Part shown: positions 1 to 13,541 of the stretch, piece by piece
Position numbering within the stretch: the first letter of the stretch is position 1
Layout: each line of letters begins with the position of its first letter
DNA from: Epiperipatus broadwayi
Lineage: Eukaryota; Animalia; Onychophora
Length of the DNA: 64,000 nucleotides
Assembly (NCBI GenBank): GCA_028023455.1
Contig: JAQFVV010000002.1
Span: forward strand, 6,696,001-6,760,000
Direction: 5' to 3'
Notes under the pieces: generated by a model
The model's input: the letters and a program-made list of their open reading frames with translations, nothing else
What the model was told of the DNA's origin: nothing
The model's database searches: none
Program-made: the position numbers and the translations under genes

Positions 1-1824
1 ACACAAAAAGTTTTAAAATTGATAATGAATAATAAAATCACTGTCCGTAAGTGATTAAAGTAAAAACATCTCATTTAAAGAAATAGTTAAAAGTTTAATA
101 AAAGGAAATTTAATGTAGAAGTTTAAAGAGTTTTTTATTATTAGTTTAAAACATTTTGCTAAAAGTCAGTAGTAAAGTTTTACAAATTAAGTAATTAGAT
201 GGTGGGAGAAAATTTAACTGGGCAAAAACTAAACTTCAGAATAAATTAAGAAAATAGTATTCAGCAAGTTAGTTTTATTAAAATAAAATGCAGTTAGCCC
301 GAAGGGGAATGTAACTGAGAAAATTAAAAATATTAAAGAAAAAAAAAGAAATCTTAAAACTAAAAAAACCTCTCTTTACACTTATTTAAAATAAATATAT
401 ATGTGCATGAATAAAGATTGTATTTAAATATAAAGAAAATAATAAAATATGTGTGTTAAAAAAATATGAAAGTTAAATACTAAAAATAAATAAAAGTTTA
501 TAAGTAAAAATTTCCCTCAAAGAGTGCATATACTCATAAGCTATATAAAAACAGGATTAGCAATGGCTACTAATTAAAATCCACAATCATCAGGATTAAT
601 TAAAAGGCATCTTAAGAATTTAATCAAAATCAGTGGACAAATTAAAAAACTAATTAAAAAGGATAACAACAAGGCCATCATATAAATAGGGCCAAAAATT
701 TCATCAGTCAGTCATTCACATATCTAGAGTTATTCACGTATTTCAAGTTAATCACTTCTTAGACTTTTTCCAATGAATACGATGCAGTGCTAAGCAGTTT
801 GGGGCATGCGATGAACTCCAAATCTCAGTCTGACAGAACATCAGCAGTCTTCTTGATAGAAGCAATGCCTGTCTAACAATTTAAAGCCACCAGGAATGTC
901 TAATTGCCCAAAATTGAAGTAGCATGGAATAGCAATCATCATAACCTCCACAGAAGTTTAAAATTCAACCAGTTGATAAAACACATGCAGCAGTAAATTA
1001 TTTGAAGCCACCACATTAGAAAATCCTATAGGTAATGACAATCTCTTGTTTCAATTTTTGATATTAATTAATGTAGCCATTGTAATCTTGAAGCCTCCCA
1101 GAGTCAGTTAATAAATGAACTCTATATGTGCGTAAAATGAACTATTGATGTGTGTGTTTTAAATGTTTTGTACTTATTTAATGCTTTATTTTATATTTTA
1201 TTGTATGTTATTAAGAATGTGTGTGTGGTTGTTATATATAAAATTATTGTTTATTTAATTGAGAAGAATTTATAATTAGTCTACAAATTATAGTAAGCAT
1301 TTTAGTTAAAATAAATTATCTTTGAAAATTAATATTTTGTCAGTCAATTTTTTACTCATACCACTAATTAAAGCAGCAGTTTATTATATCATTTTTTTGA
1401 TTGAGCTAGTTGGGATTTCTTAGGTGCTGAATTAGTTTGTGGTCATTCAGGTTACATTAGTTACCTTTTGTGTAATTAACTGGTGCCTGGAGCTCACTCC
1501 AAAACAAAAAAGGATGCTTTCAATGATAGGGGTTGAATTTTGCAGTCAAGAAGATTTGTGGCCTTGAATGTAGTCATAGTTATGTATCTTATATATAGCT
1601 CCAGCTTGGTCATAGGTACCCTCTGGGTATTATGTTTCTCTGCCTAAGGCACTGGTGTTGAGCAATACTTAAATTGCAAAGGAGTAGATTGAATATATAA
1701 TTTTATATCATATTTTATATATAAAAGTAAGTCTTACAATTTTGTTTATCACAAGTTTCTATTCATGCTAGATTTTTTTTCCTAATCAATCTACTACCCT
1801 ACCCATTCTAATATATATATATAT

Positions 1825-3300
1825 TGTGCCGGTTCAACGACCCTGTAGTGGTCTTGCATGGTTAGACTCTCATATGCACCGAGCATGAAGTGACGTATGC
1901 TACAGAATGGGACATCGATAATAATTCTCTAAAATATTTTTGATTAAATATGAGTAAATACCTCAAAGAAATTATTAGAGGAAGTAGATTGAACCTAAAA
2001 TTAGGCCCATCCAGACCTTCCTTGTTAAATTGTTTCATTAGCCGATTAATTATACGTTGACGAATTAAAGTGTCCTTACACACCTTTAAGAGTACTGAAT
2101 ATTTCCTTCAGTCTCTAGCGCCACTCCCATTCAAGATTATACTTATTCCTTTTCTTTCCCGAAAGAGTGTGTAAAATGTGACTAGTCATTAACGAATATG
2201 AATATTTCGAGACGTTCGGACTAAAATAAAAGAAACAATCCAACTCCCCGGTAAGTTATCCCTATCTAGCTCACTTTATATTCTATAAATCTCAGGTTAA
2301 CTACGTGGATTTGCATTTTGATTAAAAAAAAAACTATATATCTGTACTAATAACTTAATAATTATTTTAAAGCTAAGTCAAAAACTTATAAATGATTTTA
2401 ATTACAAAAGTGAATATTTATTATCCCCAGATTATTATATTTATCCTCCATTAATGCATACATATAAGTCCAATATATATAAAAAAATATTTAAATTATA
2501 TTTACCCTCCACCGATGCATATACATATGACCCCAAGATATATATAAAAGAAAAAAACAATATCTAAAAGATTACACAATGGGTGTGCCCTATATTCCTT
2601 CCCACTTTAGAGTAATAAATCCATATAACAAGGTATGCAGTAATAATATATATATCATAAAAAAAATTTTACAAAGAACATAAATGAGAAAGAAGAATAG
2701 AATATAAATATATATATATAACCAACTATACATGCTCCTCTGTATTCAATTCGAACTTCCGGGGCCACACGGCTACTTCATAGGGCAGATAATGCTTCCA
2801 TTCGCTGATATACTTTGAGTCTTTCTTGTCATCAGGGTCTGCTATTTCTTCTAAGGCATCTTCGGGCTTGATAGCCAAACAGGTGGTGTACTACGGCTGA
2901 AAGTCTACTCCATGGTAGGATAATAACCCGGAACGTATAATCGAGCCATCTCTCAAATTATCGGATCTGTAAGTATACTTCTCCCATATATATGTATATC
3001 GCACACGGTTGATTAGGGCAAGTAGATCCTAAATAAATTGCAGTTCTCCAACTATGATTCGTCTTTCGTTTTTTTTTTCTATTTAAACGTATTGAGAATC
3101 CATGTTGTTGATCATTTTCCAAACTCCACTTAACGATCCTTGCTAAATGCAAATTTTCAAATTCTTTTTCTGGGAAATAACCAAGTGATTATAATTTTAA
3201 CAGACACAGTTCATTTTCTCCTTTCTCTCTGTCGGATTGTTTTTCACAAATCTATACTGTTCCATTTTTTTAGACTAGCGGGAGACAAGATTTAACTTTC
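1825..3300 (-). other. CpG-richer, protein-coding-like decayed segment of unknown origin
   Basis: Many intact CpGs compared with the rest of the window. Minus-strand frames give interrupted peptides, e.g. ...LGSTCPNQPCAIYIY/WEKYTYRSDNLRDGSIIRSGLLSYHGVDFQP*YTTCLAIKPEDALEEIADPDDKKDSKYISEWKHYLPYEVAVWPRKFELNTEEHV (about 2730-3150), plus ORF 1862-2083. No motif recognised. Confidence 0.3.
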
Positions 3301-3339
3301 TAAATCTTTGCCATTGGAATGCTTTGGCAAGCTAGCATT

Positions 3340-3435
3340 AACTGATCCGCATGCTTTAGCAGGCTAATCTCCACTTGTCCGCACTCTTTAGTAGGCTAAT
3401 CTCCCCTGGTCCGCACGCTTTAGCAAGCTAGTACT
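3340..3435. repeat. 32-bp tandem repeat, about 3 units
   Basis: TCCGCA(t/c)gCTTTAGcAgGCTA units start at 3346, 3378 and 3410. Confidence 0.85.
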
Positions 3436-4607
3436 CGACTGACTCCAAGCCCCCAGTAAGCAGCACATATAGCCCAAACAGTCCAATTGTCATACCCCCT
3501 CTACGAGATATTGCATCAGCTAATAATAAATTTAATTATACCTTCATATACCTTTCTACATTCTTTTACCTTTTTATTTATTAAAGTACACTTTTGCAAG
3601 CTTCCATATTGAGTACTTGACACCCATTGTGCTTACATTCCTTTCTTAGATAAAATCTATTTTATCTTTATTCACGATCAACTGAAAATTCTTTTATACA
3701 AAACATTTTCTTTGGTTGAAAGTAGATTGTAATTAGCAAAAAGGTTTTTTTCTTTTACAAATTTAATTAATTAATTTCAAACCCTTTCATTCTAACAATT
3801 AGAAAAGATAAATTCCAATAAATGCAAAAATTTTTAACTATTTAGAATTTTCTTTTCTTTTTTTAGGAAAAATAATAAAAAATAAAAATACATTTCTATA
3901 TATGTGTGTTCGAACATTTATAAGTAGTAAAATACAACAAACAAAAAAAAAACTGTTCTACACATAAACAAATATTACAACTTATTTTCCCTTTTTTTTT
4001 TTTTTTTAGACAGGTTTGCTAGTCGAATAAATTATTAAAACATATATACACTGCATACACTTGTACTGTGGGTATAATAAGAATATAATATAGCCCAAAC
4101 CCATTTATTTATGTACTATATCCGTACCTCCCACTTCCCCTCTGAATTATAATTTAATAAATCGTATTAAAATTATAATTTTCATATGATACATGTAAGC
4201 TGTGCTGAATCTTCAGCAAACAGCCATTTTGTGCATGGCCGTTATACACGGACTGGCACAATATATTGCAAAGGTTGAAAAGACCCATCCTTTCCATCAC
4301 AGAGTCATTATTATCAAAAAAATCTTTGTTTTGGCTTTGATACGGGAATTTATTTATATATATGTTGTTGTTATTTGTTGTTATCATTATTTATTTCAAT
4401 TTTTTTTGGCATATGCATTTATTTATGTTTTTTTTTTTTTAAAAAAAAGAAATTTATTAACTTTGTTTATACATGAACTACATTTTTAACACAGCTTGAG
4501 TAAACTTACTTTGTATTGCTGTAGAGTGGAGGCTTGAGGTGACGGAGTAAGTTCTATGATTCTTCTTCTTCTATTAGAATGACTTTGGACCATGTTTCTT
4601 TATACAG

Positions 4608-6709
4608 CTAGTCTGAAGCTAACATTCTGTCTCTAATGCTGATGCTCTTAATCAATGTTTTGAAGGTATCCAGGATATTGGTTGTCATATTACTAATTAC
4701 ATGTTTGCATCTGGTTAGCCAGATTGCAAAGGAGAAAAAGATTGAGAGTCTGATGTTTGAGAAGTTTCCATTCTTGATTGAATGTTGAATCGAAAACAAG
4801 TCTGCATATTCTTTTTTGGCTTTATTATTAATAAATGTTTTTAGTGAGCTGAGTATCAGACAGTTATAAAAGATGTGTTGAATCGTTTCATCCTCCATAG
4901 CACATAAGTGACATCGCGAGTTAATTTTGATAAATCCCCTTTTCCACACTAGAAAGTGACTGGTGGGTAATGAGCACAGATTTAGTTTTATAATAAAGTC
5001 TATATATTTTGGTTCTAAGAACCAATATTTTGTTTTCTTAATCATTATTCTGTTGTTTAAGCTAAGAGCACTTGGGAGTGCAGTAGGAGTGTTGATCTTG
5101 AGTTTGTACACATCCCAATATGACTTTTTGTTATAAAGTGTGTTTTGTGCTAGGCTAATGCAGTTATTGACATGATTTCATATTTGTGTCATCCATATGC
5201 TGCATTTAGGTGGTGGCATGTCCGTGGAGGGAATAGTTAGTGTTATATTCAGGTGGGCAGATTTCAGTGAGAAGGCACACAGTGCTGCTAATGATTTTTG
5301 CAAGTATATTGTGGAAACTGAGTGAAGGCCAAGACTGTTAAGTTCTTTGGGCATTTGTGTTTTTGCAATGCTTATGGCGACAACCTCTCCTTTCCATAGT
5401 AATTTAGAACATAGTGAGTTGACTGCCTTTTCAAATGTTTTTGCAGGTTTAATAATTGGTAGATAATAGTTTAGTCTGGAGAACACTAGCATATTAAGCA
5501 ATGTAGCTTTGCCTGGAAGTGACAATGAGATCCCAGAAAGTGATTTCACTATTTTCTTGGTTTTTTTCGAGGATTGTGTTTTGGCTTTTTTTGATCATGG
5601 CGAATTTAGTTTTGGCTATAGGAAAGCCTAAGAAGTGTTGAGGTTTTGATGTGAATATTGATTGAATTATAGTTCCAGATTTAATTTTCCATATTGATGA
5701 TTTACTATTGTTGATTTGAAGGTTTAATTTTTTTGTATGTTTATTGATGATTTTCAGTAGTGTTTGCAGACGTGATTTATCAGGAAGGAAGATAGTGACA
5801 TCATCAACTTATGAGATGTGATTAATTTGTTGTTTTAATGCTGGCACGTATATGCCAGGCGTGTTGTGTTCAATATGCTTTAGCATTGGATTTATATGTT
5901 ATGAAACAGAGTGTAGCCAGAGGCGAGCCCGGGGGGATTGAGAGATGTGGTCTGAACACAGTAGACAACTTTCCATCTAGAGAGGTAAATATCGATCTAT
6001 TTAAAAACAAGTTGGCAATTATTATGATATACACTTGAGGCACTTGGTACTCTTGCAGTATTTGAAAGAGGATTGAAGGGATAACTGTGTTGAATGCTGA
6101 GGAGAAGTCTAATTGGATAGCTAGGGGCCTTGACTTTCTGCTTTGCCTAACATGTTCAATTATCAGGAGGAAGCGTTGCACAGCTTCTATGATTGATGAG
6201 CCTTTGCATGCATATTGATATGTTGATATGTGTGTGTAAAGCTGGTCTTGTATTTGATCCTTGACTGAGGATTCGATTGGTTTTATAAGCAGAGGAATCA
6301 TTGAAATGGGACGTAGGTTAGTAAGATAGGATGGGTTTGCTTGTTTTTTCAAAAAGGGAACCAATGCCACTGGATACAAATCTGGAATATTTTGGAAGTC
6401 GCCAGCAAGCACATCAATCATCATCCTCAGTATTGGTATGGTGAAGTGGCTGAGATGGAGAAGTACAAATCTAGGTATTCCATGGAGTTCGGGGTGTGTG
6501 CTTTCCGGGTATGCAAGTAGCTTTTGGAGTATTTGATTTTCTGTAATGTTATGGTTAGAAAAGTTGCCTGTGTCTTTCCAAATGTTACCTGTTTTAAAGT
6601 TATGATTTTGTAGTTTTTGTTTGAAGTGATTATGGATTTTGGAGAGCATTTCTGGACCACTGTAACAGTTTTTATCTACTGAGATCATCAATGGTGTAGG
6701 CCATCTCAT
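4608..6709 (-). pseudogene. Reverse transcriptase plus C-terminal zf-RVT of ORF2, frameshifted
   Basis: NLRPISMI, LDFSSAFNTV, IPPGSPLA. The catalytic motif reads S*VDDVTIF at 5797-5811 (YADD destroyed). GKATLLNMLVFSRLNY and RCHLCAMEDETIQHIFYNC follow. Confidence 0.9.
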
Positions 6710-7628
6710 TGCTCCCAGTGCCCATCTGATATAACTGCGAGTCCAAATTGTGCTTATTTGCTAGAAAAATTTTGGATCTTTTTGTGGCTATATATTGTGC
6801 AAGTACCTTTTGAGTGTTGTGGTAATGGATTTTGAGATCCAAGATGTCTTGTATGTTGGTGTCTGTGAGGGAGAGCATACTCAACATATGATTGATGGTG
6901 TCCAATTCTTTTAATAGCTGATTAGGCCCTTTAGTCTTCTTAGTATGGTGGTCAATGAGTAAACTCAATATTCCTACAAATGTTGACCATGCTTGAAGAG
7001 TTGGAAGTGTGATAATTTTGATTTTATTGAAGAGGATGTAAGCCTCAGAGAAAATCCATTCTGGAGTTGCTGCTTTATTTAAGAGTCTTGTGCTATTATA
7101 ATTTGATTGTGTTATGGTAGAGGAGTCTAAGTGTAGTGAGTTTAACATGGCCAGGTGGTCAGAGAAAGGTACTAGTTGTAGTTTTGCTTTTAGATTAAAG
7201 TGGAGTTCAGATGAATAATAGAGCAGATCTATCAGGGATTTTTTATGTTTTGTGTAGAAGGAGAAAGAATCAGGTGGAAAGCAACCCTCCCCACAAAGCA
7301 AGACTCTGCTAAAGAGGTGAAGGTGTTTCATTGTAAATTGGTGATACAACATGTTAAAATCACCAAAGCAAATTATAGGTGAAGCATCAGACAAAAGTAT
7401 AGAATTGATTTTGGTTATTACTGCGTGAATTAAGTCATTATCTTTTCTGAGGTAGAGATAGATGATGTTAATTGTGTTATTGGCAATATGTATATTGATT
7501 ATTAATAGCTCTTTGCTGAGGTACAGAATTCTACATTTTTGATAAGACAAATTTTTGTTGATTAATATAGCAACTCCAGATGAGGCCATAGTTGAGGGAA
7601 GATATTGAAACAGGCCATATTGTTGCAT
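6672..7628 (-). pseudogene. APE endonuclease domain of ORF2
   Basis: SSGVAILI, IICFGDFN, SLIDLLYY and FSDHLAM motifs in canonical order. Confidence 0.9.
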
Positions 7629-7817
7629 GAATTGTTGAATTCAGTAATCAGATTGTAAGTGTAATTTTGTCTCGGATAAACATACTATGTGAGGTTTGTC
7701 AATTCAAGCCATCTTCTTATTGCATGGATATGCTCAAGGGAGTTGAGCCCCCTTACATTAATTCCCCCTATTTTTAGTTGCATATTTGAGTAATAAATGA
7801 TGTGATATGAGCTGAGG

Positions 7818-9457
7818 TTATTCTGCTGTAAGAAACTCATCCTTTAGGATATGTTGTTCAATCGGATCTTGAGTTTCTTGAGGAAAGCTGTCAGAGGCTG
7901 GAGTCTTTGTATTTGACCATGTTTGGTCTGGTGCACTGGTTGTCTTGCTTTGATTTGAGGTAGTGGTGTTTTGAAATTGGCATTTTGTGATTAATGTATC
8001 CTCCGGTGTGCTTTGTTCTTGGATGATTTGAGTTTTAGTTAGTTTGGATCTTTTCTCTTTTTTCCTTCTCTGAATGGATGCTTTGTTTGTGGTATGTTGA
8101 GAGTGATTTGATTCGTAATCTGATTCAGCGGTTAAATTATTTAATTTGTCTAACTGTGATCCGGAAGAGTCTTGAGTTTTCCTTTTATTGTTTGGAATTT
8201 GAAATTCCATTTGTGTTGCATGCATGGAGTGTATTTGTTTAGACTCTTGTTGTTTATTTGTTTTGCGTTGCGATTGCTGTGTTTCCAGCCCTGATGTTCC
8301 AAAAGTGTTTTTGGGTAGCTAGTTTGGCAAAAGTGTTGAAGTTTGTTGAATGGTGTTACACAACTTCTTGAAAGCTTCTGTGGATTCAGCAGTAATATCT
8401 TGTTCTATTGTTTGTGAAGTGCCCATCTCAACTTCAATAGACAGATCTTTCTCCTCCTCTAGAACTTCATGTGCTGATGAATATGAAGAGTGTAGTAAGT
8501 TTTGAGAGCTTATATTGCCTTTGTGGTTTCTAGTTTTCCTTGTGTTGCAATCTTCACACATCCGATTCGGACATGATTTCATAAGGTGGTTACGATCTCC
8601 ACAGGAGAAGCATTGTGACTGTACTCCTCTGATTGAGATGTAGATGGGACATTTTTTTTCCTCAAGTGTTAATGATATATCCAGTGGTGAGTAATCTTTA
8701 TTAAGTTTGAGAGTGAAGGCTGCATTATTTGATGGTAATTCAAGGTCTGCCCTCTTTTCTTTGAGATACTTCAAGGTTGTGATGGTCCCATACTTGGCAA
8801 GTAGTCTTTGTAGATCTAATTCATTGAAATTTAAGCATGCTAGAGCATGGATAATTCTGGGTCTATTCATTTCTATCTTAATAAGGTATCTATTCTTTAA
8901 GAAGAGTTGATTCCATTGAATCTCTTTTTTTGTAATATGTTGTTAAATTCTATTATGAAGTACCTTCTGTTTGGATGATGGTATATTCTTTTTATTGCTT
9001 CTCCTAATTGGTGATTTTTTAGAAGCTCAAAGAGATCATCTGTAGGGAAAGTAAACAGATTGCAGTTGTCGTTGGTGGTAGTAATTATTAAGGCGTGTTC
9101 ACTATGGTAATTTAGAAAGGAGTTAAACAGAAGTGGGGGTATACAAGAATTGAATTCATTGCTAATTGTTTTGTAGTTATTTAAGGATGTTTGAATGTCC
9201 TGAGATATCAGTTCTTCGTTGGTATGTGTGTAGTTTTCATCATCTACAAAATCAAGTGTTTTGACTTGAGATGACTGTTCAACTGGTTTTATATTTTGTG
9301 TTTTGCCTCTATTCTTGCAGAGTGCTGTAGCATAAGTTTGATTATTTGTTTGGTTTGAGACGTTTTTTGTGGCTTGTACTTGGCCACAATGGGTTACTGC
9401 TTGATTTGTTATTGCGTTGCTTCCTGATTGTATATTGTTTGTTTTTAAACTAGGCAC
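7818..9457 (-). pseudogene. ORF1 (gag-like, zinc knuckle) of the L1/Tx1-like element, split into 3 ORFs
   Basis: ORF 8319-8870 contains QCFSCGDRNHLMKSC (CX2CX4HX4C). Flanking ORFs 8897-9457 and 7818-8225 are S/T/Q/N-rich. Confidence 0.8.
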
Positions 9458-11289
9458 AAGGCAAGGAAAGTCCGAGCTGAATGTATTTTGCTCGATTCAT
9501 GGGTTTTGCATTTGTGTTCGATTTATTGAGCAATTGTGTGTGAATTCACGGTTATCTGTATTGTGATCGGATTCATAGTTTTTGTTCAATCTTTGATTTG
9601 GAGGAGGACCTTTGTCTGTATGGGTTTTGGACCTCATTTTTTCATCTGTTTCTCCACTGTTGGAGCTCAAATAATAATTATTTATTGCTTTTTTCTTCAT
9701 TTAAAGTTTCTTTACGGTGAAACATGGCTGCTTCCAGAGAAACGCCACCTGCATTTTTAGTATTTTTTGAATTTTCAGTTTCGGAAATAAACGTATGATT
9801 TTTTTGTTTAAGGTAATTTTATTTTAGATATTTCACTTTGATTTTGATCAATTTTTGCTTTGATTTCATGGAAGGACTTAGTTTTAGTTGTTTTAGCTTG
9901 GGGATCAGTGTTTTCCCCCGATTTTCTGAGAAATGCTGTCGACTCGATCGTATCGACCTTTTGATTGGAATTTGTGGGTATTATGTTTCTTTGTTTAAAC
10001 TTCTACATTAAACTTCCTTTTATTAAACTTTTAACTATTTTTTTAAATGAGATGTTTTTACTTTAATCATTTACTGACAGTGATTTTATTATTCATTATC
10101 AATTTTAAAACTTTTTGTGTTATTTATGAAAATTTTTATTTTTAATAATTGTAAACATGATTTTATATGGAGTGCTATCCATTAGTGGTACAATATATCA
10201 TTTGTCCTTAAAAATTCTTCACTAAATATACTAATTAATGACATATATAGGGGAAAGTTCCCAAATATTAGAATCCCACTTTCTCCTATTCTCCCTTTGG
10301 TTTCAGAGATATTTGATTTCAATCCTATATTTCAGATATTTCAGTCACTGTTTTTGAATAAATTTAATAAAATAAAATTTAGAGACCAAGTTTTGGCAAC
10401 ACTAGGAATAAAAACAGTCACTTGGAGCCTCGACTAATTAATATCATTGTAATTACAAAACCTACCTAACTCATAAATTAAAGATATTTTTCCACATATG
10501 TACTAATTTTGTGCAAATTATTTACTTTTCTAATATCTAAATTATATATACAAATATGTAAATATATATATATTATTAGCTGTGGAAAGGAGTTTTTTAT
10601 TAACTGAAAGACTACCTTTTTGATTTCTCTTTGAGATCTTAAAAGGAAACAAGAAGGCAGATTTCTAATATTTACTCCATATATACTTATCATTGCATCT
10701 GTTATTACTATATGATTATTCATATATTATATAAACATTGATGAACTGCTTCCCAATATGCATCTGTCAGCATGGTGAATTTATTGGCATTTTCCTGTAA
10801 GTTTAAGATCAAGAAACTCCATGATCTTTTTCTCGCTTGCCTATTAGTTCTTAACTTAAATATCACTTGAGTTTTCTTGAATGCAGAATGAATGAAGATA
10901 TGATTACATTTTTTAAAATAGATATTTACAATCATAATAAAAAAAACTAAATTGTACTTCTTATTTCCATAAGGTTGCAAAGTCACTTGTCAAGACTGAT
11001 CCAGGCTACCATTTGATGACAATCTTTTACTTAGGTACTTGAAACTGCAGACCAGTTTCCAATGAAGGAATATTGTAAGAATTGGAAGAATACTCAAGTA
11101 AAATAAATGGGACATTTTTAAACCTTGCAAAGTTAGCAAAAAACAACTGATTTTATAAAGTAAACATGTACTATACTACAAAAGCACAAATATTGAAATC
11201 AACAAATGAGTTAGGATTCATTATAAATAAAAAATTTGATAGATCAATTTTATGGAGAATGATAATATATCAGACAGAGTGAAAAGGTT

Positions 11290-13300
11290 AGTTATTCAAC
11301 TTAATGGAATATGCCAAATGCAGATAATTCAGATTTTTCTGCATCAAAGTTTGTACTATGATGAAGAAATGGAGGATTTTTATAAGGATATACAAAAAGC
11401 TTTTCATCAGACCAAATAAAAATTTAAAATTGTGATGGGATATTTTAATATTAAAATTAATAAATGTTTGAAAAATGAAAGTGCTGTGAATAAATTTAGT
11501 ACAGTGATAGAAATGAGAGATTACACAGACTTTTGGCATTTGCAGAAAAAAAAAAAACTTTGTTTGAAAAATGGGAATGGACATGGAGGCATCTAAATGA
11601 AAGTACAGCAGAATTGGATTATATGACTAACAGAAAATATATACCTCACAATTAAAATATTCTTGATCAATTCAACAGAGAAAGTGATCAACAATTAATG
11701 GGATGTAAGATATGTGTTAATGCAAAATTAGAGACGAAACTAATTTAAAAAAAACAGTATTCACACTTAATATTTCTAATCATCAGAAGCATTCCAATAA
11801 ATTTAAATTAGAACTTATATTTGTTTTAAAATATTAATAGATTTTGAAGATGGTTTAGATTTAAATGAAATCAATAGGAAGATGACTGATACATTATTAA
11901 GAACTGCCACAAAAACAGCTGGCACAAAGTAAAATTTTCATTGAGAAAACACAATTTATGAAGAAAAAAAGTTGAAAATATATAAAAATGATCCATTAAG
12001 AAAGATTGAATATCTAGAATTTTGCAAAATGATACAAAATAGAGCCAACAACAATATACAAAAACATAATTGTAAATTAGCAAGAGAAGCTATAGAAGAG
12101 AATAATTGATACTGTGAAACAACAACTTGATATTGGTAGAAGATTTATTTCTGAAATTAAAAAAAAAGATATAACTACTATTAAAAAGAGAGATGACATT
12201 ATGAAATGTAAAGAAGAGTTCTATCAAGAATTATATAGCAATAAAGAACAAGGAAGAGTAATACCTATAACTACTACATCTTCTGAATTACCCAGGATTT
12301 TAAATGAAGAAGTGAGACATGCAATTAAATTTATGAAGAAGAGAAAAGCTCCATGTAATGAAGGAATTATAATCAATATCTTAAAAGAAGCAGTTGAAGC
12401 AATAGAAAAACTGTTGGCAAAGTTATATACAAAATATCTAAATGATAAAAATGTAACAAATGATTAGAAAATGCAATAGTAATATTGATATTTAAAAAAA
12501 TGATAAGAATATATTAAATATTAAAAATCATTCAATTTTTTATCAGTTTTATACAAAATGTTTACCTAGACAATTACAACTCATCTACAGTAAAATTTGA
12601 ATTTTAATCAACCATAAGATCAAGTAGAATTGAAAGTGTTTTTAGCACAATGGGTATATCCAAGTATTATGAGAAATTATAGAAAGAATCAATGAATATT
12701 ATTCATAGTTATGCTTTGAATTTGTAGATTATAAAAGGTATCTACAGTAGTTAATTTATTGGATCATCAAGATTTAGACTCGGGATATTGTCATATTCTA
12801 AAGAATATTTATCAAAATGCAACAGCAATGATTATATAGTGATACTAGGAAGATTAAGATTGAGAAGAATGTAAAATGTGAAGATTCCATATCTCTAAAA
12901 CTTTTTACAGAAATTCTGCAAAAAGTATTTCATTTAATTGTTTATGCAAACAATGCTTCAGAGTTTCAGGAAATATTGCAAGAATTATCATATGAAAGTC
13001 AGAATGTAGAACTAAAGATAAATGTTAAAAAGACTAAAGGAATTAATGTTCAATGAATCTTCTCAAAAAAGGAAAATAAAAATTGATAATGATGAAATAG
13101 AACAAACTAACAACTACAGTCAGATTATTAATGCAGAATGGGTAAAATTAATCATAGAATTAAAATTGGATGGAGTGCTTTTGGTAGAAATAACTTAAAA
13201 TGAAAAGAAACGTGTATGTATTTGAAAATAAAGGTTTTTCATAAATCGAGACTTATACACTTAATAGAAGATACAGAGACTTTAAATCACCCAACCAAAT
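11290..13300 (+). mobile_element. Highly decayed RTE-like LINE (APE plus RT)
   Basis: QIIQIF..EEMEDFYKDI near 11320. EEFYQELYS and ILNEEVRHAIKFMKKRKAPCNEG in ORF 12114-12467. FLSVLYKMFT, CFEFVDYK, SISLKLFT and ELKINVKKTK remnants in changing frames. Confidence 0.75.
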
Positions 13301-13541
13301 ATGGAGAGATATATGTTAAGAGTAACAAGAAATGATAGAAAATAAAATATATGGCTGAGAGAACAAACAGATGTTAATGATATCATTGCTATAATTCCCA
13401 AGTTTTTACATTACTGTGTCATATTTTAGCTTATTTTAAAGCTGATGTGATGTGACCTCCTTAAACAGAGACAGGAATCTCTCAGAAACTATGTCAAAAG
13501 AAACCTGTTAGCCACTTTACCTTCCCCTTCCATTCCCCACC

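Larger units (their letters stand above)
4428..9960 (-). mobile_element. Near full-length, inactivated L1/Tx1-like non-LTR retrotransposon
   Basis: Minus-strand order is ORF1 (CCHC knuckle), APE, RT, zf-RVT. AATAAA (rc of 4453-4458) is followed by an A13 tail (T-run 4428-4440). A CpG-rich 5' region lies near 9900-9960; the 5' boundary is approximate. Confidence 0.9.

Noticed and set aside
701-707. CTGATGA on the minus strand (similar hits at 2829-2835, 35181-35187 and 54302-54308)
   Set aside because: There is no stem II followed by GAAA and no stem I; these are chance heptamers.
680-1495. Possible LTR with TATAAATAG and a PBS-like TAACT|GGTGCC at about 1478-1488
   Set aside because: No second LTR, no gag/pol downstream on the plus strand, and the PBS match is short.
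10478-12083. Short minus-strand ORFs from the ORF track (also most 60-100 aa ORFs elsewhere in the window)
   Set aside because: They are low-complexity F/I/L/Y-rich translations of AT-rich DNA or antisense to TE remnants.
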